A DNA stretch of 64,000 nt from Spirochaetales bacterium (GTDB taxonomy: Bacteria; Spirochaetota; JAAYUW01), in NCBI GenBank assembly GCA_012797605.1, contig JAAZOT010000015.1:45569-109568 (forward strand), read 5' to 3'. Below are positions 1-8,319 of this stretch, one piece after another (position 1 is the stretch's first letter; every line of letters begins with the position of its first letter). The notes below the pieces were generated by a model. The model was not told the DNA's origin. It saw nothing but the letters and a program-made list of their open reading frames with translations, and did not search any database. Position numbers and translations under genes: made by a program.

Positions 1-737
1 TTTGAAAGATAATTTAAAATAATTTTTATCGTGTTTTCGCTAAGAGAAACTTTTGAACCCATATGATTATTAGCAAACTTTGCTGGGATTTGAGAAAAAA
101 ATAGTTCCAATTTTCTTTCAATTTCAATCTTATTGTCTTTTACCTTTATCTCTTCTTTTTCACTCTGTGTGTATGGATTTAATGATTCCATCGGTATATG
201 AAGCATTGGAGTAATATTTTTAGAATTTGCAAATATCTCAAATCCAGATTTAGAATAAGTAAGACCAGGTAAAATAGATACTGAAATCTTAAAAGGAAGA
301 TTCATAAGAATTGATGAAGTATCTTGGTATCCATAATCATCTATTATAATGCAAATACTTTTTTTCACTTTTTCTTCTTTTTTTTCTTGAGGATTTTGTA
401 AAACTGTAAAAATCCCCTTATTTTTATTTTTATTGCTGCTTTCCAAATCTTCAAAGGCTTTTTGATTTTTATTATTTTCTGTTCTGACATCACTATTGTA
501 GATATCATTTGTATTGTAAATGGATTCATTTGCTTTTTTATCAATAATTTTTACATTTTCATCTATATCAATTTGATTATAATAGGTAATGTCTTCTTCA
601 TTATCAATTCTATTAACATTATGATTTTCGATGATTCCAAAAAATAAAATCAATATTGATAAAAAAATAATTAAAATAAAGAATGTGACAAAGGAATAGG
701 TGACTAATTTAGTATTTTTCTTTTTCTTTTTTTTCAT
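1..737 (-). CDS. divergent polysaccharide deacetylase family protein (YibQ-like). N-terminal part only; the gene runs off the left edge of the window.
   Basis: Minus-strand ORF from ATG at 737..735 with no stop before position 1 (frame checked codon by codon). N-terminal Lys run, one TM helix, then a Glu/Asn-rich linker and an IIIDDYGY motif typical of the YibQ / divergent polysaccharide deacetylase family. Not in the ORF track because it has no in-window stop. Confidence 0.6.
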   Translation of the reverse strand, partial: MKKKKKKNTKLVTYSFVTFFILIIFLSILILFFGIIENHNVNRIDNEEDITYYNQIDIDENVKIIDKKANESIYNTNDIYNSDVRTENNKNQKAFEDLESSNKNKNKGIFTVLQNPQEKKEEKVKKSICIIIDDYGYQDTSSILMNLPFKISVSILPGLTYSKSGFEIFANSKNITPMLHIPMESLNPYTQSEKEEIKVKDNKIEIERKLELFFSQIPAKFANNHMGSKVSLSENTIKIILNYLS

Positions 738-856
738 CTTTTAACGCTTTGCTTTTTTTCACTGAATTTTGTTTTTTATTTTATTTTTATATTTTTCTTT
801 TTTCTCTTTTCATATTATTAATATTTTCATAATTATAAATGATTTTATGATGATTC

Positions 857-1852
857 TTAAATTTTAATAATTTCATTATAATTCCAAGTCTTCAAATAGT
901 TAACAATTTTATTACCATTTATAATAAATAAATCGACAAATTTCTTTAGTATTAAAAGGATATGTAATCTTTCAGTATACATTATTTTAATTTCAAAATT
1001 TCCTATAAATTCAATAAGAGAATGTAAGCTCCGTTGAGAAATTTTTGCTATATGATATGTCAAATTCTTGTCTTTAATAGATTTCATGATAAAATCAAAA
1101 TCTTTAGGATCAGATATAATAAAAAGTAGATTGTCAATACTTGCTTTTGCTTCTGACAACATCTTTTTTATTAAGATTTTATTCTCTTTATTTTGGTAAG
1201 ATTTATTAATAGAAAAAATTAAAATTACTGAAAAATTAGAAAGATTTACATTAAACAAATTTAATATCTTATTATTTAGGTTATTTTTTACTTTTATATC
1301 ATCTGTAAAAGCATATTTTACTTGTCTATTATATCTTCTCTCATATTTGTCATAAGGATCTTTAATCTTTCTTTTATTACAATTTAAATTTTTTATAAGT
1401 TGAAAACTATTAGAATCTCTTACTTCAATTATTTTTATTAAATTTTTATTTGAAGCATATTTCAAAATCTTTATAAATAAATTTTGTAAGATAGATGATT
1501 TTATTTCAAAAGTAGAACTTAAAATATATATTTTTTTACTAAAAATAGATGATACTCCAAGAATAAATAAATAAAAAAGAAGAGATCTTTGTGATGAATA
1601 ATCCTGAAAAATTCCCCCAATGAAACAAATATCTTGGCTTTTAATTAATTTAAGTAAAGATACAAGTATTTTCTTTTTATTTAATAAAAATTTTTTTTTG
1701 TATAGTCCTGCATTTAAAAATAGAGAGTTATTATTATTTTCATTTAAATAATATAGTTTGAGTAAATCATCCCCGAAGTTATCGTTATTATAACAAACTA
1801 TAAATAAAGATTTCCCATTATCATAAAGCATTTTAGTCAATGATCGATCCAT
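857..1852 (-). CDS. polysaccharide pyruvyl transferase family protein (CsaB-like)
   Basis: 331 aa. N-terminal FIVCYNNDNFGDDLL resembles the G-x-N-x-GD motif of PS_pyruv_trans proteins. No TM segments. Low-complexity N/K-rich sequence limits confidence. Confidence 0.45.
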   Translation of the reverse strand: MDRSLTKMLYDNGKSLFIVCYNNDNFGDDLLKLYYLNENNNNSLFLNAGLYKKKFLLNKKKILVSLLKLIKSQDICFIGGIFQDYSSQRSLLFYLFILGVSSIFSKKIYILSSTFEIKSSILQNLFIKILKYASNKNLIKIIEVRDSNSFQLIKNLNCNKRKIKDPYDKYERRYNRQVKYAFTDDIKVKNNLNNKILNLFNVNLSNFSVILIFSINKSYQNKENKILIKKMLSEAKASIDNLLFIISDPKDFDFIMKSIKDKNLTYHIAKISQRSLHSLIEFIGNFEIKIMYTERLHILLILKKFVDLFIINGNKIVNYLKTWNYNEIIKI

Positions 1853-1966
1853 TCAATAATTATAATAAATATAATAATTATAGTAATTATAATAATTGTG
1901 TAATTTTTAACAATAAGTTAATCAATTTATTATAAATTGCATCAATAAAAAAGTATTTTTATAAAA

Positions 1967-3565
1967 TTATTTTTTTAATAGTTTTATTAAACCAATAAAT
2001 ATAAGAAAAACAAAACCTGAAAATAAAAATCCAAAAAGAAGTGCAAAAACAGTCCTAAAATAACTAATATATAACGGTGTATAGCTATGATAATAAGAGT
2101 TAATTATAGAAAGAAAGGGAAATATTATGAAATAATTAAAAAATATAGGGTACTTGGTTTTAAATTTTATTACTTTATTAATGATCTTTCTATCAAAAAT
2201 AAAGATAAATAAGAAAAAATAAAAGATTAAATAAAAGATAAATTCTCTAAATCTAAATCTAGCAGGTAAAAAAGATTCTAAAAAATCCCTCACATAGATT
2301 TCTGTTCTAGTAAGGAAAAAACCAGAATCTCTTAACTTAAAAAGAAAATATAAAAAGAAAGCACTTATTATATATATTATAATTTTTCGTTTTTCTTGTT
2401 TATAGTGTAAAATAAACAAAAAGATAAGAGGGAAGAAGTAAAAAAAATATGTAAGATATTGAATTGGTTTTAACCAATATATTAAATTAGAGAAAAATAT
2501 AGTATTTATTATTATGGAAAATAAAAAGGTTAATATTAAAATAATTAGAAACCTTAAAAGTAGAGTATTTATATCTTCATTTTCTTCTATTTTTTCTATA
2601 AGCTTTATAGTAAAAAAAAGATAGAAAAAGTAGGTAGATATTTGGAAATATAGGAGAAAAAAACTTAAAAAATGAAAATTTAAGTTAAAAATTAAAGAAA
2701 AAATGTAATAAAAAAATAAAAAAATACTATTTATTATATAAACTAAAAGAAAAGTATTTGAAATAAAATTAAAACTTTGAGATAATTTCAATATGAAAGT
2801 AAGGCTGAGTATGACTGCAAATGTGGCTAATAAAAGATACAATCTTTGCTTTATTATAATTGATTTTATAAAGAATGGTTTTGAAAAAAGTTCAGTTTCA
2901 ATACTTCTATCAAGTTTTTCGTTAGTTAAATTTATTATTACATTACAACTTCTTTCTTTTATTGCCCTTTGGACTCTTGATTTTAGTACTTTTACTTTTT
3001 TTAAAAAAGGCTTTTTAGTGCTATTTTCATTTATGATATGTGCCTTAAATAAAATATTTTTCATTTCATTATTGTTTATACTTTTCAAATTTAAATATAA
3101 TGAGGAACTAAGAGTTTCGTTATCAATAAAAAGATCAAATTCGTTATATTCTAAAAAGGAGGTGATGAATAATTTATCCAAATCCTTATAATCTTTTTTT
3201 ATGACAAGATAGTTTTTTTTATTAAAATTTTCTGATAACCCCTCTAAAATATAAACTTTATCTTCTTTCAATTGGTTATATAAAAATTCATTCAAAAGTA
3301 AATCTTCTTTAGAAAGAGAGGTCAAAAGATTATTATTGTCTTGAAGTAGTTCAAAAATTAATGGGCAGGTTAAATAAAAAAGGTTATCTGGGATTTTTTC
3401 GAATAAAATCGAGTTAGATTTATTTGAATCTGAAAAGATTGTTAAAAAATTTAGTAATGAAATTATTATTAAACAAAGGAGAAAAAGTTTATTGATACCT
3501 TTTTTATTTGTATTCATCAAGGAATAAAAAAACATTAAAGAAAAATTATGCAATCCGAAACTCAA
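1967..3565 (-). CDS. polytopic integral membrane protein with N-terminal extracytoplasmic domain (function unknown)
   Basis: 532 aa. An N-terminal hydrophobic segment is followed by a ~200-aa hydrophilic domain and then >8 Phe/Leu/Ile-rich TM helices. The real start is probably the internal Met at 3517..3515 (MNTNKKGINKLFLLCLII, signal-like), which removes the 18-nt head-to-head overlap with the yraN start. Confidence 0.55.
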   Translation of the reverse strand: MSFGLHNFSLMFFYSLMNTNKKGINKLFLLCLIIISLLNFLTIFSDSNKSNSILFEKIPDNLFYLTCPLIFELLQDNNNLLTSLSKEDLLLNEFLYNQLKEDKVYILEGLSENFNKKNYLVIKKDYKDLDKLFITSFLEYNEFDLFIDNETLSSSLYLNLKSINNNEMKNILFKAHIINENSTKKPFLKKVKVLKSRVQRAIKERSCNVIINLTNEKLDRSIETELFSKPFFIKSIIIKQRLYLLLATFAVILSLTFILKLSQSFNFISNTFLLVYIINSIFLFFYYIFSLIFNLNFHFLSFFLLYFQISTYFFYLFFTIKLIEKIEENEDINTLLLRFLIILILTFLFSIIINTIFFSNLIYWLKPIQYLTYFFYFFPLIFLFILHYKQEKRKIIIYIISAFFLYFLFKLRDSGFFLTRTEIYVRDFLESFLPARFRFREFIFYLIFYFFLFIFIFDRKIINKVIKFKTKYPIFFNYFIIFPFLSIINSYYHSYTPLYISYFRTVFALLFGFLFSGFVFLIFIGLIKLLKK

Positions 3566-3928
3566 AATGGTATTAAATTATCAACAAGAAAAATTGGTTA
3601 TGAATTTGAAAAAATTGCAATCAGCTATTTAATAAAGAATAAGTATATTATATTAGATAAGAATATATATACTAGATTTGGCGAAATCGATATACTTGCT
3701 GAAAAGAATAAGAACTATTATATTTTTGAGGTCAAAGGAGGTAGAAGAAAAGAAGAAATATTTGAAAGATTTACAAAAAGTAAACTTAAAAGATTAAAAA
3801 AATTATCAGAGTATATTTCTTCGATGTATAACTCTGAAAATGTTTTTATCGATGGCATTTTAATCGTTACCATGGAGGGTACGATTTTGATTATTCATAT
3901 AAAAAACATACTTCAACAAGGATGTTAA
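3548..3928 (+). CDS. yraN: YraN family endonuclease-like protein (UPF0102)
   Basis: 126 aa. Motifs GYEFEKIAISYL ... FGEIDILA ... YIFEVKGGRR match the UPF0102/YraN pattern (G-x-E-x-A...GEIDII...FVEVK-R). Confidence 0.65.
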   Translation: MQSETQNGIKLSTRKIGYEFEKIAISYLIKNKYIILDKNIYTRFGEIDILAEKNKNYYIFEVKGGRRKEEIFERFTKSKLKRLKKLSEYISSMYNSENVFIDGILIVTMEGTILIIHIKNILQQGC

Positions 3929-4068
3929 TATGACAAAAGAAGAAAAGATTCTTTGGCTAAAAGAAGCCATAAAATCAGAAAAATATGTCGAAAGTGCGAT
4001 TTTTTTTCTAGCACAAGAAATGATTTTTATTTTTTACCAAATTATTGGATGATTTTTAAAAGTGTTAT

Positions 4069-5346
4069 ATGATTGGATTAAGGAATTTTCTATTTTTAAA
4101 TTTAATTTTAAAAGAGCTTTATATGGGGAAAAATAAAAATCGTTATAAAGAAAAGATAATATTATCAATTTTATTTATCATATTGATTCTAATTCTTTTT
4201 AGTTTTAAATTTCAATTTGGATTTAAGAAAAATGATATCATTCAAATTTCAAGCTCATCTAGACAATATGTTTATTTTGAAGAAGAGCTTTACAGAACCT
4301 GGGATTATGAACATATTGATAAATTATATGTTACTGATGTTAATGGAAATAGGTTCAAAATTGAGGGTAAGTACCAATTTTTTGAAAAGGATCAATTTGG
4401 AAATAAAGTTCTCTCTGAAACACAAATGGTTAATTTTGAGCAAGATAATTTTGGTAGAATGTTTTTCAATTATCCTACTATTTATCCAACTTTAAGAAAT
4501 GTCCCAGTATTTTTAGATAAAGATATTGTTCCTTCCGAAAGATGGTGGGCTGAAGCTGAAGAAATAGTAGATTTTAGCTCTATTGGTATCCCAAATTTCT
4601 CGATAGCTGTTCCATTTAAGGTTTCATATCAATATTTAGGAGACGAAGGAAATTTAGCTATTATTAAAGCATATTATACAAATGTATATGGTTTTGAAAA
4701 AGATAATGTTTATAAGATGAATATTGAATATGCTCCAAAATTATACACTGCAAATGTTGAGATGATGCTTTATTGGGATAAACAGCTTGGTTATGTTGTA
4801 AAGTTTTCAGATATATATACCATTTATCTAGTGCTTATCAATGGGACAAGGTGGAAATTTACAGGCACAACCGATGGTTCAATGAATGTAATTCATAAAT
4901 GGGATGACCAGAAAAAAGATGATTTGATACAAAAAATAAATAAAGATTTACCAAAAGAACTTAAAGATAAAGTTGAAGTTAAAAAAACAGAAAAAGGTAT
5001 TTTACTAAATCTAGGGGAAATATTCTTTGATTTTAATAAGTATGATATTAAAAAATCAGAAGTAGAAAAACTAAAAATTATAGCTTCGATTTTGCAAAAG
5101 TATTTTTATGGTTATCAAGTAATCATCGAAGGATATACAGATAATGTCGGAAACGAGCAGTATAATCTTGAATTATCAACTAAAAGAGCTAAAACAATAT
5201 TTGATTTTTTAGTGAATATGAATGCAATAAATTCAGCAATTTCTTATTTTATTGGATATGGAGAATCAAATCCTATAGCACCGAATGATACTGAAGAAAA
5301 TAGAGCAAAAAACAGAAGGGTCCAAATACTTATCGTTGATTATTAA
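4069..5346 (+). CDS. OmpA/MotB C-terminal domain protein with unrecognised N-terminal domain
   Basis: 425 aa. N-terminal TM/signal anchor (IILSILFIILILILF). ~250-aa domain with no recognisable motif. C-terminal OmpA-like peptidoglycan-binding domain (FDFNKYDIKKSE...GYTDNVGNEQYNLELSTKRAKTIFDFL...NRRVQILIV). A downstream in-frame ATG at 4123 (MGKNKNRY) is an alternative start. Confidence 0.75.
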   Translation: MIGLRNFLFLNLILKELYMGKNKNRYKEKIILSILFIILILILFSFKFQFGFKKNDIIQISSSSRQYVYFEEELYRTWDYEHIDKLYVTDVNGNRFKIEGKYQFFEKDQFGNKVLSETQMVNFEQDNFGRMFFNYPTIYPTLRNVPVFLDKDIVPSERWWAEAEEIVDFSSIGIPNFSIAVPFKVSYQYLGDEGNLAIIKAYYTNVYGFEKDNVYKMNIEYAPKLYTANVEMMLYWDKQLGYVVKFSDIYTIYLVLINGTRWKFTGTTDGSMNVIHKWDDQKKDDLIQKINKDLPKELKDKVEVKKTEKGILLNLGEIFFDFNKYDIKKSEVEKLKIIASILQKYFYGYQVIIEGYTDNVGNEQYNLELSTKRAKTIFDFLVNMNAINSAISYFIGYGESNPIAPNDTEENRAKNRRVQILIVDY

Positions 5347-5355
5347 AATTAAGAT

Positions 5356-8319
5356 ATGTTGTCAGTTATCTTTTCATTGATTGAATTTGCCTATGCCATA
5401 GTTTTAATTGCAGTAATAATTAATCTTTATTCAAAATATCAATCTGATTTTAAAAGAAGAATATTTGCAGTAGTAGTTGGTATTGTTGTTCTCTATTATT
5501 TTATCTTTGCTTCAATTCAACTAATAAAAGATGAAATATTGACAAAAATCCTAAATAATATTTCTTTAATATCTTTAGTAATAGCTACTTCAATAAGTTT
5601 GTTTTATCTTTCGAGTTTTTTTTCAGAAAAATATTACAAATATCATAAAAAACTATGTTATATAATGCTATTTATTTCAATTATAACATCTATAATATTA
5701 ATTATTATTCAAGAGAATCCTATTTCAATTGAATATAATGGCTATTATTGGATATATATCTATAAAATTACAGAAACAGCTTATCTTTTGTTATTCTATT
5801 TTTTATCAATTTTTTGCATTATTCTAGTATTTTTCATTATTTTGATGATTAATAAAAGTTATAAAACAATAAAATTCTACTTCTATTATTCTTTTATTTT
5901 TATTTTACCATTTGTATATTTTATAAAATTTAAAAATCCTTTATTTATTGTTTTTATTCAAAATTCAATAATCATGATCTGGGTTTTATTAAATTTTACT
6001 GCTTTGAAGGATTTTCAAAAAGAGATTGTTAATTTTTTCAAGTTTCAAGTTGATTTTGCAGAGGAGTTAGATATTTTTCAGTTTTTACTCAATAGACATT
6101 TTAATATAACAGATACATCGAAAAAAACAATAAAAAAGCTTGGTTATGATGAAGAAGAAATTATTGGTCGAAGAATCGATTATATCCTTTTAAATTTTTT
6201 AGATGAAAAAATAAAATATGAAATTTCATCAAATGATGAAGTATATGGAATTTATAAGTTAAGGAAAAAGAATAATGAAGAAATTATTGTAGACTTGTTT
6301 CTAACTAAAATTAAAAATAATAATGGTGAAATAAAAGGTTATATTGTTCTATGTAGTGATATAGAATCTAGGCAAAAATTTGAAATTCAAAGTCAAAAAC
6401 ATACTTTAGCAAAAACTAAGTATAACGAATTTTTTGAGAACTTAAAAAGTCTTTTTGATATGATCGAAGACCCAGTATCTATATTAGATGAAAAAGGAAG
6501 ATTAATAACTGCGAATAAAAGTTTTATAGATATTTATAAAAAAGTAAAAGAAGAAATATTGATTCTAGATGATTTATTAAATTCGAAAGAGAAAAATATT
6601 GAAAAAATTATCAAATTTTCTGATGGTAATAAAAATTACTATTATAAATATTTTTTAAATTCTGTTTCTGAAAAAAAGGATATGCCAGTAGGTTATATAT
6701 GTGTACTTGAAAATTTCACAGATAAAATAAATATTCAGAAAAATCTTGAAAAGATTTTTGAAAATTTGAAATTTATTGTCTTAAATTTTCCATTTCCTTT
6801 AATTATTTTTGATGAGGAAGAGAATTTGCTTTTATATTCTAAGAAACTTTTAAGTTATATTTATAAAAAGGAAAAGATAGAAAAGATTGATATAACGAAA
6901 ATAAAAAGTGATTTTACACTAAATTCACTTTTTGATAAATTAAAAGATCAAGATTATTCCGAGTTAAATAATTACTATTTAGATCTATCAAAAATATTAA
7001 ATATAAAACACTCAAGGAAATTTCATTGCAATCTGTTTTTATTTAAACTAAGTAACGATTTCAATATTTATGGGCTTATTTTAGAAAATATTGAAAAAAA
7101 TCTAATGTATAAAAAAAGAATGCAAAAAATTAAAGATAGTATTGATAATGATATTAATGAAAAGACAAAATTCTTATATTCTCTCTCTTTTGAATTTAGA
7201 AAAAATATAGTAGATCTGATAGAAAAAATTAATGTCTTGATATTGTATGAGACAGAATCTTTAAGAGAATTTCTTTTAAAAATCAGAGAAAATTCTATTA
7301 CTTTACTTTCTCAAATAGATTCAATAATTCTTTATGAAATTTTACAAAAAGATACATATGAATATAATTATCAAAATATAGAAATTTTTAGCTTCTTAAA
7401 TAGTCTTATAAACAAGTATAAAAAGGAAATTCAAAGGGAAAACTTAAATTTCAATAGCTATTTAAACTTCGGTACTAATGATAGCGGAACTAATTTGGTA
7501 AAAAAATTAGTAAAAAAGGATAGTCAACTATATTTATACTTCGATCCTTCGCTATTAAAAATTGTTTTAGATAGTATAATTTCGAATTCAATAAAATTCA
7601 CCGAAAAAGGATCAATTGATTTCATAGCAAATCTAAGAAAATTAGGAGAAGAGAATTATGAACTTAATATCAAGATAAAAGATACTGGTATAGGAATAGA
7701 AAAGGGAAAATTAGGTTCGATTTTTGATAAATATTATCAAGTAGATAATGTTTTTATAAAAAGATATAGTGGTCTTGGATTGGGACTTTATAATGCAAAA
7801 AAAATTTGCGAATATTTAGGAGCAGAACTTACGATAGAATCAAACGAAGATAAAGGAACTTTGGTTTCTATAAATATACCCCTTATGAAATCGGAATTGG
7901 TTGTAAATAAAGAGATTAAAATGAAAGATAAGATAAAGAATCAAAATTTTAAATTTATTATTACATTTGAAGATGATAATGTTTTAGATTCCATTAAAAA
8001 TATTTGTAAAAAAAAGGAGTCTACATTTTTTATCTTAAATGATTTAAAAGATTTAGGAAAAATATTAGCAAGAAATATCGATTTTATTGTGTTAATTAAT
8101 TTAGATTTAATTGGTGATGCAGAACTTAAAACTTTAGAAAAGATAAAATATGAAAGACTTAATGAAAATATTCGACTTGTTTTTGTAGCTTTGTATTCCT
8201 ATCCATACAATGATAAAAAAATTAAGGAAATTAGTAGAGTAATTGATTTTGTCATTATTAGACCATTTGAGATAGAGGAATTTTTAAGTAAATTAGAAGA
8301 ATTTTATTTTACAATATGA
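5356..8319 (+). CDS. membrane PAS sensor histidine-kinase-like protein with intact HATPase domain, no phosphoacceptor His, and a C-terminal receiver-like domain
   Basis: 987 aa. N-terminal multi-TM region, then PAS-like repeats. The DHp segment FLYSLSFEFRKNIV aligns to the canonical SHELRTPL H-box with His replaced by Phe. N box (LDSIISNSIKFT), G1 (IKDTGIGI), F (IFDKYYQ) and G2 (SGLGLGL) are present. C-terminal receiver-like domain has IITFEDD, VLINLDLIGD and IIRP (Lys to Arg). 9-nt gap from the upstream OmpA-like gene. Confidence 0.8.
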   Translation: MLSVIFSLIEFAYAIVLIAVIINLYSKYQSDFKRRIFAVVVGIVVLYYFIFASIQLIKDEILTKILNNISLISLVIATSISLFYLSSFFSEKYYKYHKKLCYIMLFISIITSIILIIIQENPISIEYNGYYWIYIYKITETAYLLLFYFLSIFCIILVFFIILMINKSYKTIKFYFYYSFIFILPFVYFIKFKNPLFIVFIQNSIIMIWVLLNFTALKDFQKEIVNFFKFQVDFAEELDIFQFLLNRHFNITDTSKKTIKKLGYDEEEIIGRRIDYILLNFLDEKIKYEISSNDEVYGIYKLRKKNNEEIIVDLFLTKIKNNNGEIKGYIVLCSDIESRQKFEIQSQKHTLAKTKYNEFFENLKSLFDMIEDPVSILDEKGRLITANKSFIDIYKKVKEEILILDDLLNSKEKNIEKIIKFSDGNKNYYYKYFLNSVSEKKDMPVGYICVLENFTDKINIQKNLEKIFENLKFIVLNFPFPLIIFDEEENLLLYSKKLLSYIYKKEKIEKIDITKIKSDFTLNSLFDKLKDQDYSELNNYYLDLSKILNIKHSRKFHCNLFLFKLSNDFNIYGLILENIEKNLMYKKRMQKIKDSIDNDINEKTKFLYSLSFEFRKNIVDLIEKINVLILYETESLREFLLKIRENSITLLSQIDSIILYEILQKDTYEYNYQNIEIFSFLNSLINKYKKEIQRENLNFNSYLNFGTNDSGTNLVKKLVKKDSQLYLYFDPSLLKIVLDSIISNSIKFTEKGSIDFIANLRKLGEENYELNIKIKDTGIGIEKGKLGSIFDKYYQVDNVFIKRYSGLGLGLYNAKKICEYLGAELTIESNEDKGTLVSINIPLMKSELVVNKEIKMKDKIKNQNFKFIITFEDDNVLDSIKNICKKKESTFFILNDLKDLGKILARNIDFIVLINLDLIGDAELKTLEKIKYERLNENIRLVFVALYSYPYNDKKIKEISRVIDFVIIRPFEIEEFLSKLEEFYFTI

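Noticed and set aside
462-647. 61-aa plus-strand ORF
   Set aside because: It lies antisense inside the YibQ-like gene and gives an Ile/Phe-rich product typical of antisense AT-rich frames.
2793-3191. 132-aa plus-strand ORF
   Set aside because: It is entirely antisense to the 532-aa membrane protein gene, with no RBS.
3517-3565. Head-to-head overlap of the 532-aa membrane protein start with the yraN start
   Set aside because: It is probably an overextended start. The internal Met at 3517 gives a signal-peptide-like N-terminus and separates the divergent genes by ~30 nt.
4217-4495. 92-aa ORF in an alternative frame of the OmpA-like gene
   Set aside because: It is nested within a well-supported longer ORF.
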